A stretch of 64,000 nucleotides of DNA from an uncultured Verrucomicrobiae bacterium (GCA_963815455.1 CAWFGO010000001.1:992001-1056000), one strand, 5' to 3'; shown: positions 36,686 to 50,576, counted from the stretch's first letter. The notes: a model not told the origin generated them from the sequence alone. A program made the numbers and translations.

Positions 36686-38626
36686 CTACTGAATCGTAAA
36701 CGCTGCGCTGGCTATGGCACTGTCGTCATAACCGGCTTTGGCCGCCTTGGCTTTGATCGTCTTCATCCCAACGCCGCTCAGGGTAAAGGCCCTCGAGTAC
36801 TTGGTCGACGCCGTAGTCGGATCGGAGCCATCGGTGGTGTAATAAATTTTCGCCTTGGAGATGGAGTCATGCAGGGTCACTTGCACCGAACCGGTGAAGG
36901 TCCCGCCGTTGGGCGAAATCGTCGGCGTGGCTACGGGTTGCCTGGTGAAGGTGGCCGAGGCGATCCCGCTATCGTTGTATCCGCTCCTTACCGCTTTGGC
37001 TTTGACCGTGGAGGGCGTGGTCAGCGTGAATGCTTTCTTATACTTGGTTGAGCTCGTCGTCGGGTCGGTCCCGTCCTTTGTGTAATAAATCGTCGCTCCC
37101 GAGGTCGTGTCGCGAAGGGTGACTTTGACCTTTTTAACAAACGTCCCGCCATCAGGCGAGATGGTGGGCGTGGCGACAGTAGGCAAAACCGCAACAAAGT
37201 TTGCCACCAGAGTGCGATCGGAATTGGCAGTAAAATTGTAACTGGCCGACGTGCTCACGCTGCTGCCGCCCTCTGTCCAGTTCACAAAATTGTAATTGGC
37301 ATTCGCCGTAGCGATAACGGTCACACTGGCACCGCTGGCATAACTCCCGCCGCCGGTCACGGTACCGCCTGCTCCCGGAGAAGCGCTGACTGCGATCGTG
37401 TAAGTCGGCGTTGCGGTCGGTGTCGGCGTCGGCGTTGGGGTCGGAGTCGGAGTCGGTCCTCCGACGACTGTGAAGGTGAAGCTGCCGGCCGGAACGATAT
37501 TGTTGTCGTTGAAATCGGTGTCGACGACTTCCGACGCATGCGGCAGGACGGTTCCGGATTGCAACGTGTAAGTGCCCGAAGGCGTATTGGGATCAATCGA
37601 GAGGGTAACGTCGGCAACATGGTACATCCCGGCCGGCACCGCATTGGGCGGGCTTACAACGTCCACCGTCGCCCCGAGGTCGCGATTTTCAGTGAGGAAT
37701 CCCGATGTGGCACCGCTGGTCGAACCAAATGGCGCCGGATTCGGCACGGCCTGGTTCGGGTCGGAAAACGTCGAGTAAGCGACGCCAGTGACAGCGACAA
37801 ATGGCGCGACGGCGCTGTTCGCTTCAAACCAAAAGGAGAGGCCGTACGAACTGTAGCCGGTGAAAGTCAGATCGACCGACACTGTGAACTGCGTTGTCGC
37901 GCTGACATCGATTACCGGCGGACCGCTTAGCGATAAGGATTGCATGTGCGGATCGAGGCTCCCGCTCCGTCCCATCCGGTCTCCACCGCCTGAGCCCGGC
38001 AAAGTGCTGCCGGATTGCGCCCTGATCATTGCGATATCGGAAGCGTTGATCTCGCCGCTGGCGTTGATGTCCGACCGAAAATTTGAGTCCGTTACCACGG
38101 CGCCGATTTCTGATTTGGCGGCGATGATGTCGGAAGCGTTGACCGCGCCGCTGGCATTCGTGTCGCCCAACAGCGTTTGCATTGTGATCGTCGCGTCCGG
38201 CAGCGATTGTCCAAAATTATCCGTGACTTTCGCCAGGGACAAAACGAGCACCTGCCCATTCGGCACGCCGGCCAGAGTGATGGTCATGGTGTTTCCCGAC
38301 ACCTTCGTCTCGGCCACCGTCCCGGTTCCGTCGGCGATTGCCGCGACGCCGTCAGCCAGAGGATTGCTAAAAGTAACCACGATCGTGTGGTCGCCAGCAG
38401 CGCCCCGGCACTCGATGCCAAACGGCGGTGTGGACGGCAAATCGATGTCAAAATCCCCCGCGGCGCCATGGGTTTTACGCGAGACCGCGCCCAGCATTTG
38501 CAGGGGCTGGGCGGGGGCAGCTATGGCCCGACGACCGCTACCGGCCACCGGTGATGGAGCAACGACCAGAACCGCCGCGCCAAAGACGCAGCCCAGAATG
38601 AGTGGGAACAAAAAGAATTTTTTCAC
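36686..38626 (-). CDS. Secreted multidomain protein: dockerin-like, Ig-like, PT linker, InlB-B-repeat-like and two chitobiase/FN3-associated domains
   Basis: GDTNASGAVNASDI / SDINASGEINASDI; (PT)n; ATANANYNFVNW; two ATPTISP.GG...IYYT.DG.DPT units. Confidence 0.78.
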   Translation of the reverse strand: MKKFFLFPLILGCVFGAAVLVVAPSPVAGSGRRAIAAPAQPLQMLGAVSRKTHGAAGDFDIDLPSTPPFGIECRGAAGDHTIVVTFSNPLADGVAAIADGTGTVAETKVSGNTMTITLAGVPNGQVLVLSLAKVTDNFGQSLPDATITMQTLLGDTNASGAVNASDIIAAKSEIGAVVTDSNFRSDINASGEINASDIAMIRAQSGSTLPGSGGGDRMGRSGSLDPHMQSLSLSGPPVIDVSATTQFTVSVDLTFTGYSSYGLSFWFEANSAVAPFVAVTGVAYSTFSDPNQAVPNPAPFGSTSGATSGFLTENRDLGATVDVVSPPNAVPAGMYHVADVTLSIDPNTPSGTYTLQSGTVLPHASEVVDTDFNDNNIVPAGSFTFTVVGGPTPTPTPTPTPTPTATPTYTIAVSASPGAGGTVTGGGSYASGASVTVIATANANYNFVNWTEGGSSVSTSASYNFTANSDRTLVANFVAVLPTVATPTISPDGGTFVKKVKVTLRDTTSGATIYYTKDGTDPTTSSTKYKKAFTLTTPSTVKAKAVRSGYNDSGIASATFTRQPVATPTISPNGGTFTGSVQVTLHDSISKAKIYYTTDGSDPTTASTKYSRAFTLSGVGMKTIKAKAAKAGYDDSAIASAAFTIQ

Positions 38627-38696
38627 AAAAGCACGTTAAATCGAAGCAGGGAGCGCGCCCAAACTAGACAAATCTGCCCGCGAGTCGAGACCGATT

Positions 38697-39530
38697 TTAC
38701 ACCGCGATCGGGGCTTTGATCGACGGATGCGGATCGTAACCGACCAGCTCGAAATCTTCGAACCGGAAATCGCGGATGTCCTTGACCGCGGGATTCAATT
38801 TCATCCTCGGCAAGGATCGACAATCGCGGCCGAGTTGCTCGCGTGCCTGGTCGAGATGGTTTTGGTAAAGATGGAGATCGCCGAAAGTGTGGACAAAATC
38901 GCCCGGCGTGAGATCGACAACTTGCGCGATCATCATCGTGAGCAACGCATACGAAGCGATATTGAACGGGACGCCCAGAAAAAGATCTGCGCTGCGCTGA
39001 TACAGCTGGCAGCTCAATTCGCCTCTCTCTTCGCCATTGGACGAATCCGCCGCGGCGGACACATAAAACTGGAAGAGCACATGGCACGGCGGCAATGCCA
39101 TCTGTGTCGATCTCGGCCGGGTTCCACGCGCTCACGATCAGGCGCCGGCTGTCCGGAGTCTCTTTGATCTCCTGATTACATTGTCGATCTGATCGACCCG
39201 CACACCGTTTTCTCCGCGCCAATCGCGCCACTGCGCTCCGTAGACCCGGCCGAGGTTGCCGTTTTCATCGGCCCATTCGTCCCAGATGGTGACGCCGTGC
39301 TCCTTGAGATAGCGAGTGTTGGTATCGCCGCGTAGGAACCAGAGCAGCTCATAAATGATCGATTTGGTGTGCAGCTTCTTTGTTGTGAGCAGCGGAAACC
39401 CGGGACCGTCGGAACGCAGATCGAAGCGGGCTTGAGCGCCGAAGATCGACAATGTGCCCGTGCCGGTGCGATCGGTGCGGGGTTGGCCATGCTCAAGAAC
39501 GAGCCGCAAAAGATCGTGATATTGCCGCAC
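38697..39530 (-). CDS. thyA: Thymidylate synthase (frameshifts near 39100-39165, probably artefacts)
   Basis: [44 protein letters not shown]. Confidence 0.95.
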
Positions 39531-39547
39531 GCGACAAATTACTGAAA

Positions 39548-39605
39548 GTGGCATCGGCTTCCAGCCGATGTTTCTTGTATTTCATCGGCAGGATGCCGAT
39601 GCCAC
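39548..39605. repeat. GTGG-type REP doublet
   Basis: GTGGCATCGGCTTCCAGCCGATG ... CATCGGCAGGATGCCGATGCCAC. Confidence 0.75.
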
Positions 39606-39607
39606 AC

Positions 39608-39970
39608 TTACGCCTTTAGCGCCGTTAATTCTCTTTCCAATTCGGCCTTGCGTTCATTCAACATCTGCAAACGCAATTGCCACCGATGCAGCTGAATCGA
39701 TGTTTGATTGATGTAACCGTTGATCTCGGTCCGTTGCGATTCGTTTTCCTTCATTCGCCGCTCGATTTCCTGGATCTGATTTGCCGAACTAATCGCCGGC
39801 GCTTCAATTTTCGGAACGACGATCGGTTTGCCGCACTGCTGGCAGTTAAAGGTCATTCCCGCCGCGTCGCGGCCAACTACCAGCGACGTGTTACAATGAT
39901 CGCATCGAAAAACGATGTTCGAATCGTTTGCCGTTTTCGAGAGTGAGGGCGTTGCGCCTGCTATTTGCAC
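39608..39970 (-). CDS. Zn-ribbon + coiled-coil hypothetical protein (start uncertain)
   Basis: FRCDHC...AG...CQQC...VP followed by a heptad helix. Confidence 0.65.
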   Translation of the reverse strand: MQIAGATPSLSKTANDSNIVFRCDHCNTSLVVGRDAAGMTFNCQQCGKPIVVPKIEAPAISSANQIQEIERRMKENESQRTEINGYINQTSIQLHRWQLRLQMLNERKAELERELTALKA

Positions 39971-40016
39971 GAAAATGGAACAAGCAACCGTTATGCCGCC
40001 GGCTCTGGGGTCCGGG

Positions 40017-40152
40017 TCTGGGGAGCGCAGGCTACCAGCCTGCGATTGCCGGCAGCTTGCCGGCAACATCCTTGCATTCTTGCGGCCGATTTGTTGATTG
40101 CGCGATCTCGGCAAGCTGCCGAGATCAACTGGCCGGCAGCCCGTGCTCCCGA
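40017..40152. repeat. GGGAGC...GCTCCC branched palindromic element
   Basis: Same family as 23584-23725. Confidence 0.8.
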
Positions 40153-40303
40153 AGCGGACTCTCACCCGTGCCGCATTGGCACCAATGGAGTCACAAGGAG
40201 GCATGAGGTCGTGTCGAGTTGTCCCACTTTGGCCTATTCGGTTTCAGCATCTTTCAAACACTAGATCCTCGCGTTCAGACACTTAACACTGTTATCACTT
40301 TGG

Positions 40304-40319
40304 TGGCTCGGCCCCTGCT
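40304..40319 (+). promoter_or_regulatory. Possible sigma54 promoter of dnaK
   Basis: TGGCTCGGCCCCTGCT: GG-N10-GC. Confidence 0.4.
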
Positions 40320-40333
40320 AAAGACCCGCGTAG

Positions 40334-42361
<2,028 letters not shown>

Positions 42362-42404
42362 TTCTATGCCACGATTCGAAGATCACCCTCTTAGCCGATT
42401 GACT

Positions 42405-42832
42405 ATGAAGAACGGCAAACTTCAGCTCGTCGGCAAACCCGAGAGCGAATACCTAGAGTACGGCCCGAAGTGCACATAGTCTCAAAGGAAAGTCTGCACG
42501 AAGGCGACGCATCAACTGAGGTGACGTATACGTTCCGACTCAATTGTCAGCCTGACTCGACTTGGACGGCAGTACTCGAAAAAGTCCGGGGAACCGAGAA
42601 CGTGATCGTCGATCGAGATTGCATGTACCTGCGTTGCATACCGGCGAATCTAGAAGGCCGTTATCAAACGGCTAAAGATGCGATTTCACAAACGAATCGG
42701 TCGTACGCGGAACACAAAGCTCTCCTTACCACCAAAGTCGCCGAGCTCGACATCGAGCGGGAGCAGATGGCGAAGGCCCAGTCCGCAAGAAGCTTAGCAG
42801 TCAAAGAACAGTTTACTAACCTGCAACTATAA
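42405..42832 (+). CDS. Hypothetical protein (probable frameshift near 42470)
   Basis: ATG 42405 frame stops early; 120-aa ORF 42470-42832 with C-terminal coiled coil. Confidence 0.5.
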
Positions 42833-42885
42833 CCGTGACGTGAACGCTTCGAAACACCGACTCTATTTTAGTTAGGAGAAAAATC

Positions 42886-43998
42886 ATGCCTACGGAAGAA
42901 GCTAGCCAGAAAAGCAAGGTAGTTGAGAAAAAAACTCCACTAAATCACGACGCAGCGCACGAGCATTGACGAAACCGCCATGGACATTTCCTAAAAATAC
43001 GTTGGAGCAAGCCATTCTGATTCCAAAAGCGATTGAAGAACAAAACGCTGGGAATCCAATGAAGGCCGATGTGCTTTGCAAAGCCGTCGGATTTCGGCAG
43101 CCCGACTGGCGCTTTCTGGAGCTACTAAAATCAGCGAACCAGTACGGAATTGTAAAGGTTCTGGAGCCGCGTCGACCGTGCGGCTCGAACAGAGTTGGCC
43201 AAGACGTCGTCGCGCCAAGCTCGCCTGAACAACGACCGAAGGCGTTATTGAATGCGTTTCGCAGTGTCGATGAGTTCAAGAAAGTTGAAGACTTCTACAA
43301 AGGCAAAAGGCTTCCCGAGGATGAATTTTTTGAGAATAACCTAGTGCGTGAATTCGGGATCCCGCGCGAGCGGGTCAAAACATTCATCGAAGTCTTCACG
43401 ACGAACCTAAGCTTTCTGAGAGCTTTTCAAGCAGCAGATCGCCGAGAGCCTGCCGAAGAAGCTAAACCGGCGGGCAACGGCGCAGTGATTCCATCTAAGT
43501 CGGTGATGGCCGAAGACGCTACGAAGAGCCGCACATTCCTTGATACTTGCTTCGTAATGATGCCGTTCGGTGAATGGTTCGATACTTACTACAAGGAGCT
43601 TTTTGTTCCTGCAATCAAAGAGGCCGGAATGGAAGAATTGCGCGCGGACGAATTATTTTCGACCGGTACGGTGATAGAACAGATTTGGGAGACAGATTCA
43701 GAAGTCGAAGATATTACTGGCCGATCTCACGGGAAAGAATGCGAATGTTTTTTACGAACTCGGATTGGCGCATGCTGCGACAAAGCCGGTTGTATTCACG
43801 TCTGGCAATCTTGATGATGTACCGTTCGATTTACGGCATCTGCGCGTCATCATTTACGACGTTAACGATCCATTTTGGGGCGAGAAGCTAAAAACCAATC
43901 TGAGTGCCTATCTCAAGAACGCGAAAAACGATCCGACAAAGTCCATTCCACAACCATTTCGACAAAAGGCTGAAGATCAGGAGGAAGAAGAGAAATAA
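42886..43998 (+). CDS. wHTH-like N-terminal domain + nucleoside 2-deoxyribosyltransferase/TIR-like domain protein (several frameshifts)
   Basis: AGGAG RBS; CFVMMPF, RADE, LADLTGKNANVFYELGLAHA..KP, PFDLRHLR across frames. Confidence 0.75.
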
Positions 43999-44084
43999 CT
44001 CGAAACGAATTTGCCGGTGGCGGTCGCAACATCGACAGTCGCCGGCTCAACCCAAAAAACAAGAAAGAGAAATAACAAACGCTT

Positions 44085-44381
44085 ATGGCAAGCGTTAATG
44101 TAAGACCTCTCGGAGACCGGGTGCTGGTGCAGCCGATCGAAGAGAAGGAAGTAAAAAAAGGCGGGATCATTATTCCCGATACCGCAAAAGAAAAACCGCA
44201 GGAGGGCAAAGTGATCGCTCTCGGCACCGGTAAAGTGAACGAAGAAGGCAAGAAAGTCGATTTCACCGTGAAGAAAGGTGACAAAGTGCTGATCTCAAAA
44301 TACGGCGGCACCGAAATCAGGATCGACAGCGAATCTTACCTGATCATGCGCGAGGACGATATCCTCGGCATCATCGGCTAA
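44085..44381 (+). CDS. groES: Co-chaperonin GroES
   Basis: [31 protein letters not shown]. Confidence 0.98.
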   Translation: MASVNVRPLGDRVLVQPIEEKEVKKGGIIIPDTAKEKPQEGKVIALGTGKVNEEGKKVDFTVKKGDKVLISKYGGTEIRIDSESYLIMREDDILGIIG

Positions 44382-44505
44382 GGAATCCACGAAAATGGAA
44401 CTAATCTGGAAACCATGAAACCATGAAGGGATTTTGAACTCAGAATCCTTCCGGTGCTCTTTTCCTGGATTCCTGGGTTCCAGATTCATCTTCAATCTCA
44501 ACTAG

Positions 44506-46185
<1,680 letters not shown>

Positions 46186-46192
46186 TGAATTC

Positions 46193-46229
46193 GAACAGCC
46201 GGACTCGAAAGGGTCCGGCTGTTCTGTTT
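46193..46229 (+). terminator. groEL terminator
   Basis: GAACAGCCGGAC-tcgaaagg-GTCCGGCTGTTC followed by TGTTT. Confidence 0.8.
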
Positions 46230-46242
46230 GGCAATCTTGATT

Positions 46243-46918
46243 ATGACCCCTCCGATTTACTCAGCGGTTAGAGCAGTAGGCGTTTTGAAACCGAAGTTTC
46301 AACAGGTTCCTGGCGGGCAAGTGTTTGCAGATTCTTTGGACGTTCGCGGCACCGCGTTTTGGTTGAAGAACGAAAAGCTCCTTATTACTTGTGCACACGT
46401 AGTTCACGGCCTTGTGGGTGCTCCGTTAGAAGTGGCGGGACTCTTGGTTGTCGGCAATCAAGGAAACTTTCAGCGAGCGACAATCGGAATCGTCGACTAC
46501 GCTCGTGATCTCGCTATTTTGAATTTGTCGCTTCCGCCAAACGTACTCGCAAATGTTGTTGAATCGGAAGCCGCTACTGGCTTGCTAATAGCCAATACTT
46601 ATCCTGAAGTCGGTGCTCGGGTTGGGTAAGCGGGATTTCCACTGGGACAACAACTTCTCGCATCGTCGCCTTCATCCGACATATGCAGTCGGAGTGATCG
46701 GAACTCAGGTTCGCCAACAGGGGAATCGCAAAGATGTGCAAATTTCCGGTCCAGTTGTGGGCGGCTACAGCGGTTCGCCTGTGGTGCTAGAAGATTCTCC
46801 GAGTTCAGTTATCGGCATTGTTAGCAACAGCCCATCCCCAGAGGCTGGCCAAGCCGGAATCTTTATGGCGACATCGTGGGAGCACATTGCCGCCCTCGCG
46901 CGGCTTGCGAACTCCTAA
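46243..46918 (+). pseudogene. Trypsin-like serine protease, interrupted by in-frame TAA (46627) and a frameshift (~46668)
   Basis: GTAF, ITCAHVV, DLAIL, VG*AGFPLG, GGYSGSPV, IGIVS. Confidence 0.75.
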
Positions 46919-47090
46919 AGCAGCCGTTATGCAACATCGTGACGAGGCGCGGGGCCTTGATCTTGCTTCCTAAAGCCTACGACTTATATTTGGCTCGACT
47001 CAACCCGATCCCGCCCGTATAGACAGTTGCCAGCATTGTTCCCCTCGGATTACATCGACGTGAAGGCAAATTTGGTATTTAATTAACTGC

Positions 47091-47393
47091 ATGCCAGAAG
47101 CCGACCCGAACGCTCGAGGCGTTGTTGTACTCTCGCCCGACAAAACACTATATTTTAACGGGTTCCAAATCGCGATTGGAATGGGAGATGTGATTGTCAC
47201 ATTAATGCGCAATGGAGCACCTGTGACGACACTTAACGCTTCTTACACAGTGGCGAAATCCTTCGGCGAGTCTGTAACGACGGCAATAAAGAAGCTGGAA
47301 GAAGGTACGAATCACCAAATCATGACCGTTGAGACAGTCATTAAGGGAATGGAATCTGCAAAAGAGCCGCCAAGATCTAAATCCGCCGCATGA
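47091..47393 (+). CDS. DUF3467-like small protein
   Basis: YFNGFQI...DVIV.L...SYTVAKSF...IKKLE pattern. Confidence 0.55.
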   Translation: MPEADPNARGVVVLSPDKTLYFNGFQIAIGMGDVIVTLMRNGAPVTTLNASYTVAKSFGESVTTAIKKLEEGTNHQIMTVETVIKGMESAKEPPRSKSAA

Positions 47394-48000
47394 GCTACGC
47401 GATTATTGAAGAATTGCCGCATCGCGTTTGGGTGATGGGTGGACTATTCGGTGCCGCATCGCATCAATTCGGTCCAGCTACAGCACTAGAAAAGCTATCG
47501 ACTTTTTCGCGCTTGGGCCCTGGATGGTCTAACGGTATCGGAGACCCTATCTCTCCGATTGCGTTGTCGGTCGCGGCTATGCTAATAAACAAGATTAGCG
47601 ATGCTGGTTTCACACAAACGGACGCGTTTCCGGCCGTGGATGGCGGTGTTAGCGTTGCGCTGTATTTTCCGTACGGTGGAGATTTATCTTTCAGAATCAA
47701 TCCTAACGCTTTGATTGACATCGACAGCGAAGCTGAACCTGATTTTGAACCGATAGAGAACAAAAACTTTCTTGAGGTGTTCGAGCTACTCGAACCATTT
47801 TCAGTAACGCCATGGAACTCATCCTATTGCTCCACATCTCCAATTATGATGAACACGAGCAACGCTTTCACAGCCAATCGTTTGAGAGCTCAAGTGATGG
47901 GAGCGGTATCTCGGTTATCGACAGAGAATGCATTGACGGCACAGGTCGTTCCGTATGCGATCATGCGGTCGTGTACCTATCGGCAAATAACAATCGACCC
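47390..48000 (+). CDS. Hypothetical protein with L..GW..G...PI / FP..DGGV motif (antitoxin-like); true stop uncertain
   Basis: ATGA overlap with the upstream gene; S/T-rich tail overlaps the next ORF. Confidence 0.5.
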
Positions 48001-48250
48001 TGTTATTTTTTGGCAGTTCGACTCAGCGATTCTGCCACAGGGAGTTCAGCTCGTTCATGAGCGCAGCGACACGAGCGATCCCTGCCACGTAAACATCAAA
48101 GGATTAGAGAAGCGTCAATCCAAGAAATTCTTCAAGCGGTTGCAAAAGCAACAACAACTGATCTTTCGAATTTGCGCATCTCAAGGAGAACAGCTCGCGA
48201 CTCCCGAAGATCTGAAGCGCGAGAGAGAGGCCTTCTTCAGTCAACGCTGA
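47812..48250 (+). CDS. Putative ADP-ribosyltransferase/RES-fold toxin-like protein (frameshift ~47990)
   Basis: Joining 47812 frame (F.SSSDGSGISV) to PVIFW...DPCHVNIKG...* gives about 145 aa. Confidence 0.45.
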
Positions 48251-48264
48251 GCGATTTGCACCGT

Positions 48265-48334
48265 GGTCGCGTCTAAGTATTTGGACATTTGCACGGCCGA
48301 GAAAACTGGCCGCAGATCAGCCTTTGCCAAGGCT
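48265..48334 (+). repeat. 70-bp direct repeat (partner 51121-51191) flanking the TA array
   Basis: GGTCGCGTCTA...GACATTTGC.CGGCC.AGAAAACTG.CCGCAGATCAGCCTTTGCCAAGGCT in both. Confidence 0.9.
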
Positions 48335-48409
48335 TCCGTCTTCGCTACCTCCTTCGCTAAAGCTACGGCGCGTCAGGGAGGCTACGACGTGACGTGCCGG
48401 CGTGGCAGG

Positions 48410-48452
48410 CGCAGATTCGACAATTGCTGAAACCGCGGCTGCAGATTAAACT
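48410..48452 (+). promoter_or_regulatory. 32-bp repeat supplying -35 of a sigma70 promoter (copies 49766, 50045, 54681)
   Basis: CGCAGATTCGACAATTGCTGAAACCGCGGCTG; TTGCTG-17-TAAACT-6-ATG. Confidence 0.7.
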
Positions 48453-48458
48453 TAATCG

Positions 48459-48675
48459 ATGATTGATTGGAACGCTTGTCAGGCAGTTGAACGCTCGCCA
48501 GACGCTGAGCGGCGCATGGCGATTCAAAAGCACACGCGTACCGGTCAAGGCGCTGTTTGAAAACCTTGAGTCTGGCGCAACGGTCGATCAGTTTCTGGAA
48601 TGGTTTCCCGGAGTGAAACGGGAACAGGTACTGGCCGTGCTTGAGTGCGCGGAGCAAAGCCTCGCGGTTACGTAG
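48459..48675 (+). CDS. DUF433 antitoxin-like protein (frameshift ~48502)
   Basis: MIDW..C.AVER...LSGAWRFKSTRVPVKALFENLE.GA...FLEWFP. Confidence 0.85.
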
Positions 48676-48680
48676 TTCTC

Positions 48681-48848
48681 GTGCGCATTCTCTTTGATCA
48701 GGGGACGCCCGCGCCGCTGCGCGATCACCTCGCGGAGCATGAAGTCACAACCGCGGCAGAAAAAGGCTGGTCGGCGCTTTCCAACGGCGAACTGCTCGAT
48801 GCAGCCGAGCGCGAGTTTGATTTGGGCGAAATAAGTAGGGCGAAATAA
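48681..48848 (+). pseudogene. Truncated PIN-like (DUF5615 type) toxin
   Basis: MRILFDQGTP..L...GW..LSNGELL.AAE.EFD then breaks at an AAATAAGTAGGGG duplication. Confidence 0.75.
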
Positions 48849-49098
48849 GTAGGGGTCAGGCATCAAATCTTGACAGGTTTTTTCAGAGGACAGAAACGGG
48901 TCGGTCCTTTTTTCTTACATTTTGGCTGACAGAACCCAGGCAAGGGCCGACACGGAACTAAAGATCGCCATCGTCGAAATCCCGTCGCGGGATCGGGGCT
49001 AAGCGCAAACCGAAACTACGTTTTGCTTTGGCGAGAGGGTCCGGCTGTTTGCTTTTGATCCACCTTGCCTGGTTGTTCCTTTCGGCTAATCTTCAGTC

Positions 49099-49284
49099 AT
49101 GCACGCGACCGCGATAGTGGAAGGGAAAGTCGTCCGATTCAAGCTCTCGCCGGCGCTAGCACGCGCGCATCGCGAAAACCGCGGCAAAATCATGACCGGA
49201 CAAAAAGCGGTCGCGGTCGTAGAAGCTAAGCGGCGCGCGCGGACATTGCGGCGCGCCAAACCCTATCTTGAGAGTCGTCCTTGA
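49099..49284 (+). CDS. Small basic protein, probable antitoxin
   Basis: 61 aa, overlaps the PIN gene start; TTGCCT-16-TAATCT-6-ATG promoter. Confidence 0.6.
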   Translation: MHATAIVEGKVVRFKLSPALARAHRENRGKIMTGQKAVAVVEAKRRARTLRRAKPYLESRP

Positions 49285-49684
49285 TACATGCATCCTCAAG
49301 CTGGCCACGTTCCCTGCCGAGAACAATGCTTCGGCGCTCGTCTTTGAGCTCGCGCGATCCGGTTTAATCGAATCTTGGGCCAGCCCTGCGATTTTCGAGG
49401 AATACGCCAACGTCCTCGACGACCGCCCTGATCTTGTTGCGGAAATCGTGGAAAGCTGTCGTCTTTGCCACCCGCTTACAGAACTGCGCATCATCCGCCA
49501 TGAGCCGGACAATCGTTTTCTGGAGTGTGCCTTCGCCGCAAACGCCGACTACATTATCACCGTCAACACTGCTCCCGGACATTTCGATCGGAAAGAATTT
49601 CAGACTGTGCGTGTTATCACGCCTGGCGAATTCGTAAATCTGCGGGGTGTCGCGCTCTTAGTTCAAAAACTCGCCGACCGCTGA
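49268..49684 (+). CDS. PIN-domain (VapC-like) toxin
   Basis: MRVVLDT, EEY, PDNRFLECA, ADYIIT.N..HF, ITPGEF. Confidence 0.9.
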   Translation: MRVVLDTCILKLATFPAENNASALVFELARSGLIESWASPAIFEEYANVLDDRPDLVAEIVESCRLCHPLTELRIIRHEPDNRFLECAFAANADYIITVNTAPGHFDRKEFQTVRVITPGEFVNLRGVALLVQKLADR

Positions 49685-49814
49685 GACCCGCTGCTCGATC
49701 TCGGAAAGACAGAAAGGGGTCGGTCGTGAAGCCCCGAGAAATCTAACCACGGATTGCGCGGATTACACGGATACGGAAATTGCTGAAACAGCGGCTGGGG
49801 GTTAAACTTGGTCG

Positions 49815-50024
49815 ATGATCGATTGGAGCACGTGCCAGGCAGTTGAACGTTCGGCCGATACCCTGAGCGGCGCGTGGCGATTCAAGAGCACACGCGTTCC
49901 GGTCAAAGCGCTGTTTGAGAATCTCGAGTCGGGCGCAACGGTCGATCAGTTTCTGGAATGGTTCCCCGGGGTGAAACGGGAACAGGTGCTGGCCGCGTTG
50001 GATTGCGCGGAGCAGAAGAACTAA
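49815..50024 (+). CDS. DUF433 antitoxin-like protein (paralog of 48459-48675), no toxin following
   Basis: Near-identical protein core to the first copy. Confidence 0.88.
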   Translation: MIDWSTCQAVERSADTLSGAWRFKSTRVPVKALFENLESGATVDQFLEWFPGVKREQVLAALDCAEQKN

Positions 50025-50111
50025 CCGCAGATTTCGCGGATTTACGCAGATTCGGAAATTGCCGAAACACCGGCGGCGCGGTAGAATTGTCGATCGGAAG
50101 AAAGATCGAAA

Positions 50112-50303
50112 ATGACCGCGGAACAAATACTCAAGGAAATCGAAGCACTGCCAAAACCGGAGCGAGAACGCTTGGTTCAGCGGATGCGTGAATCGCAATC
50201 GACCGAGATTCCTCAGGATTTCATTGATGCCCTGGAGGACTTCGATAAACAGCGGTTCGTTTCCATGGAAACGGCGCTCAATGAAAAGCCGCCCGGCGCG
50301 TGA
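50112..50303 (+). CDS. Probable antitoxin
   Basis: MTAEQILKEIEALP..ER; GTGA overlap with a RelE-like gene. Confidence 0.7.
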   Translation: MTAEQILKEIEALPKPERERLVQRMRESQSTEIPQDFIDALEDFDKQRFVSMETALNEKPPGA

Positions 50304-50576
50304 ACTATCAGTATCGCGCCGTTGAAAAATTCTGGCGGAATTTCTTACAAACTCAGAAGCGAGCAGAAAGAGTCAGTCCGACAAGCCTGGCAAGTTTTCA
50401 AGCGCGATCCGTTTCATCCGTCGCTGGGATCACATGAGATTCAAGAGCTCTCCGCCAGGGCCAAACACACGATTTACAGCGCCGTAGTCGAGGCGGACCT
50501 GCGCGTGATATTCCGAATCGACGGGTCCTGGGTAACCACGCTCGATGTCGGCACGCACAAGATGTATCGAGGCTAA
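50300..50576 (+). CDS. RelE/ParE-superfamily toxin (frameshift ~50345)
   Basis: F.R.F|YKL...F..DPFHPSL..H...RVIF...DVGTH. Confidence 0.8.

Noticed and set aside
46627..46629. In-frame TAA in the protease as stop-codon recoding
   Set aside because: TAA terminates many genes normally in this window; a single substitution from a Tyr codon or a base-call error is more likely
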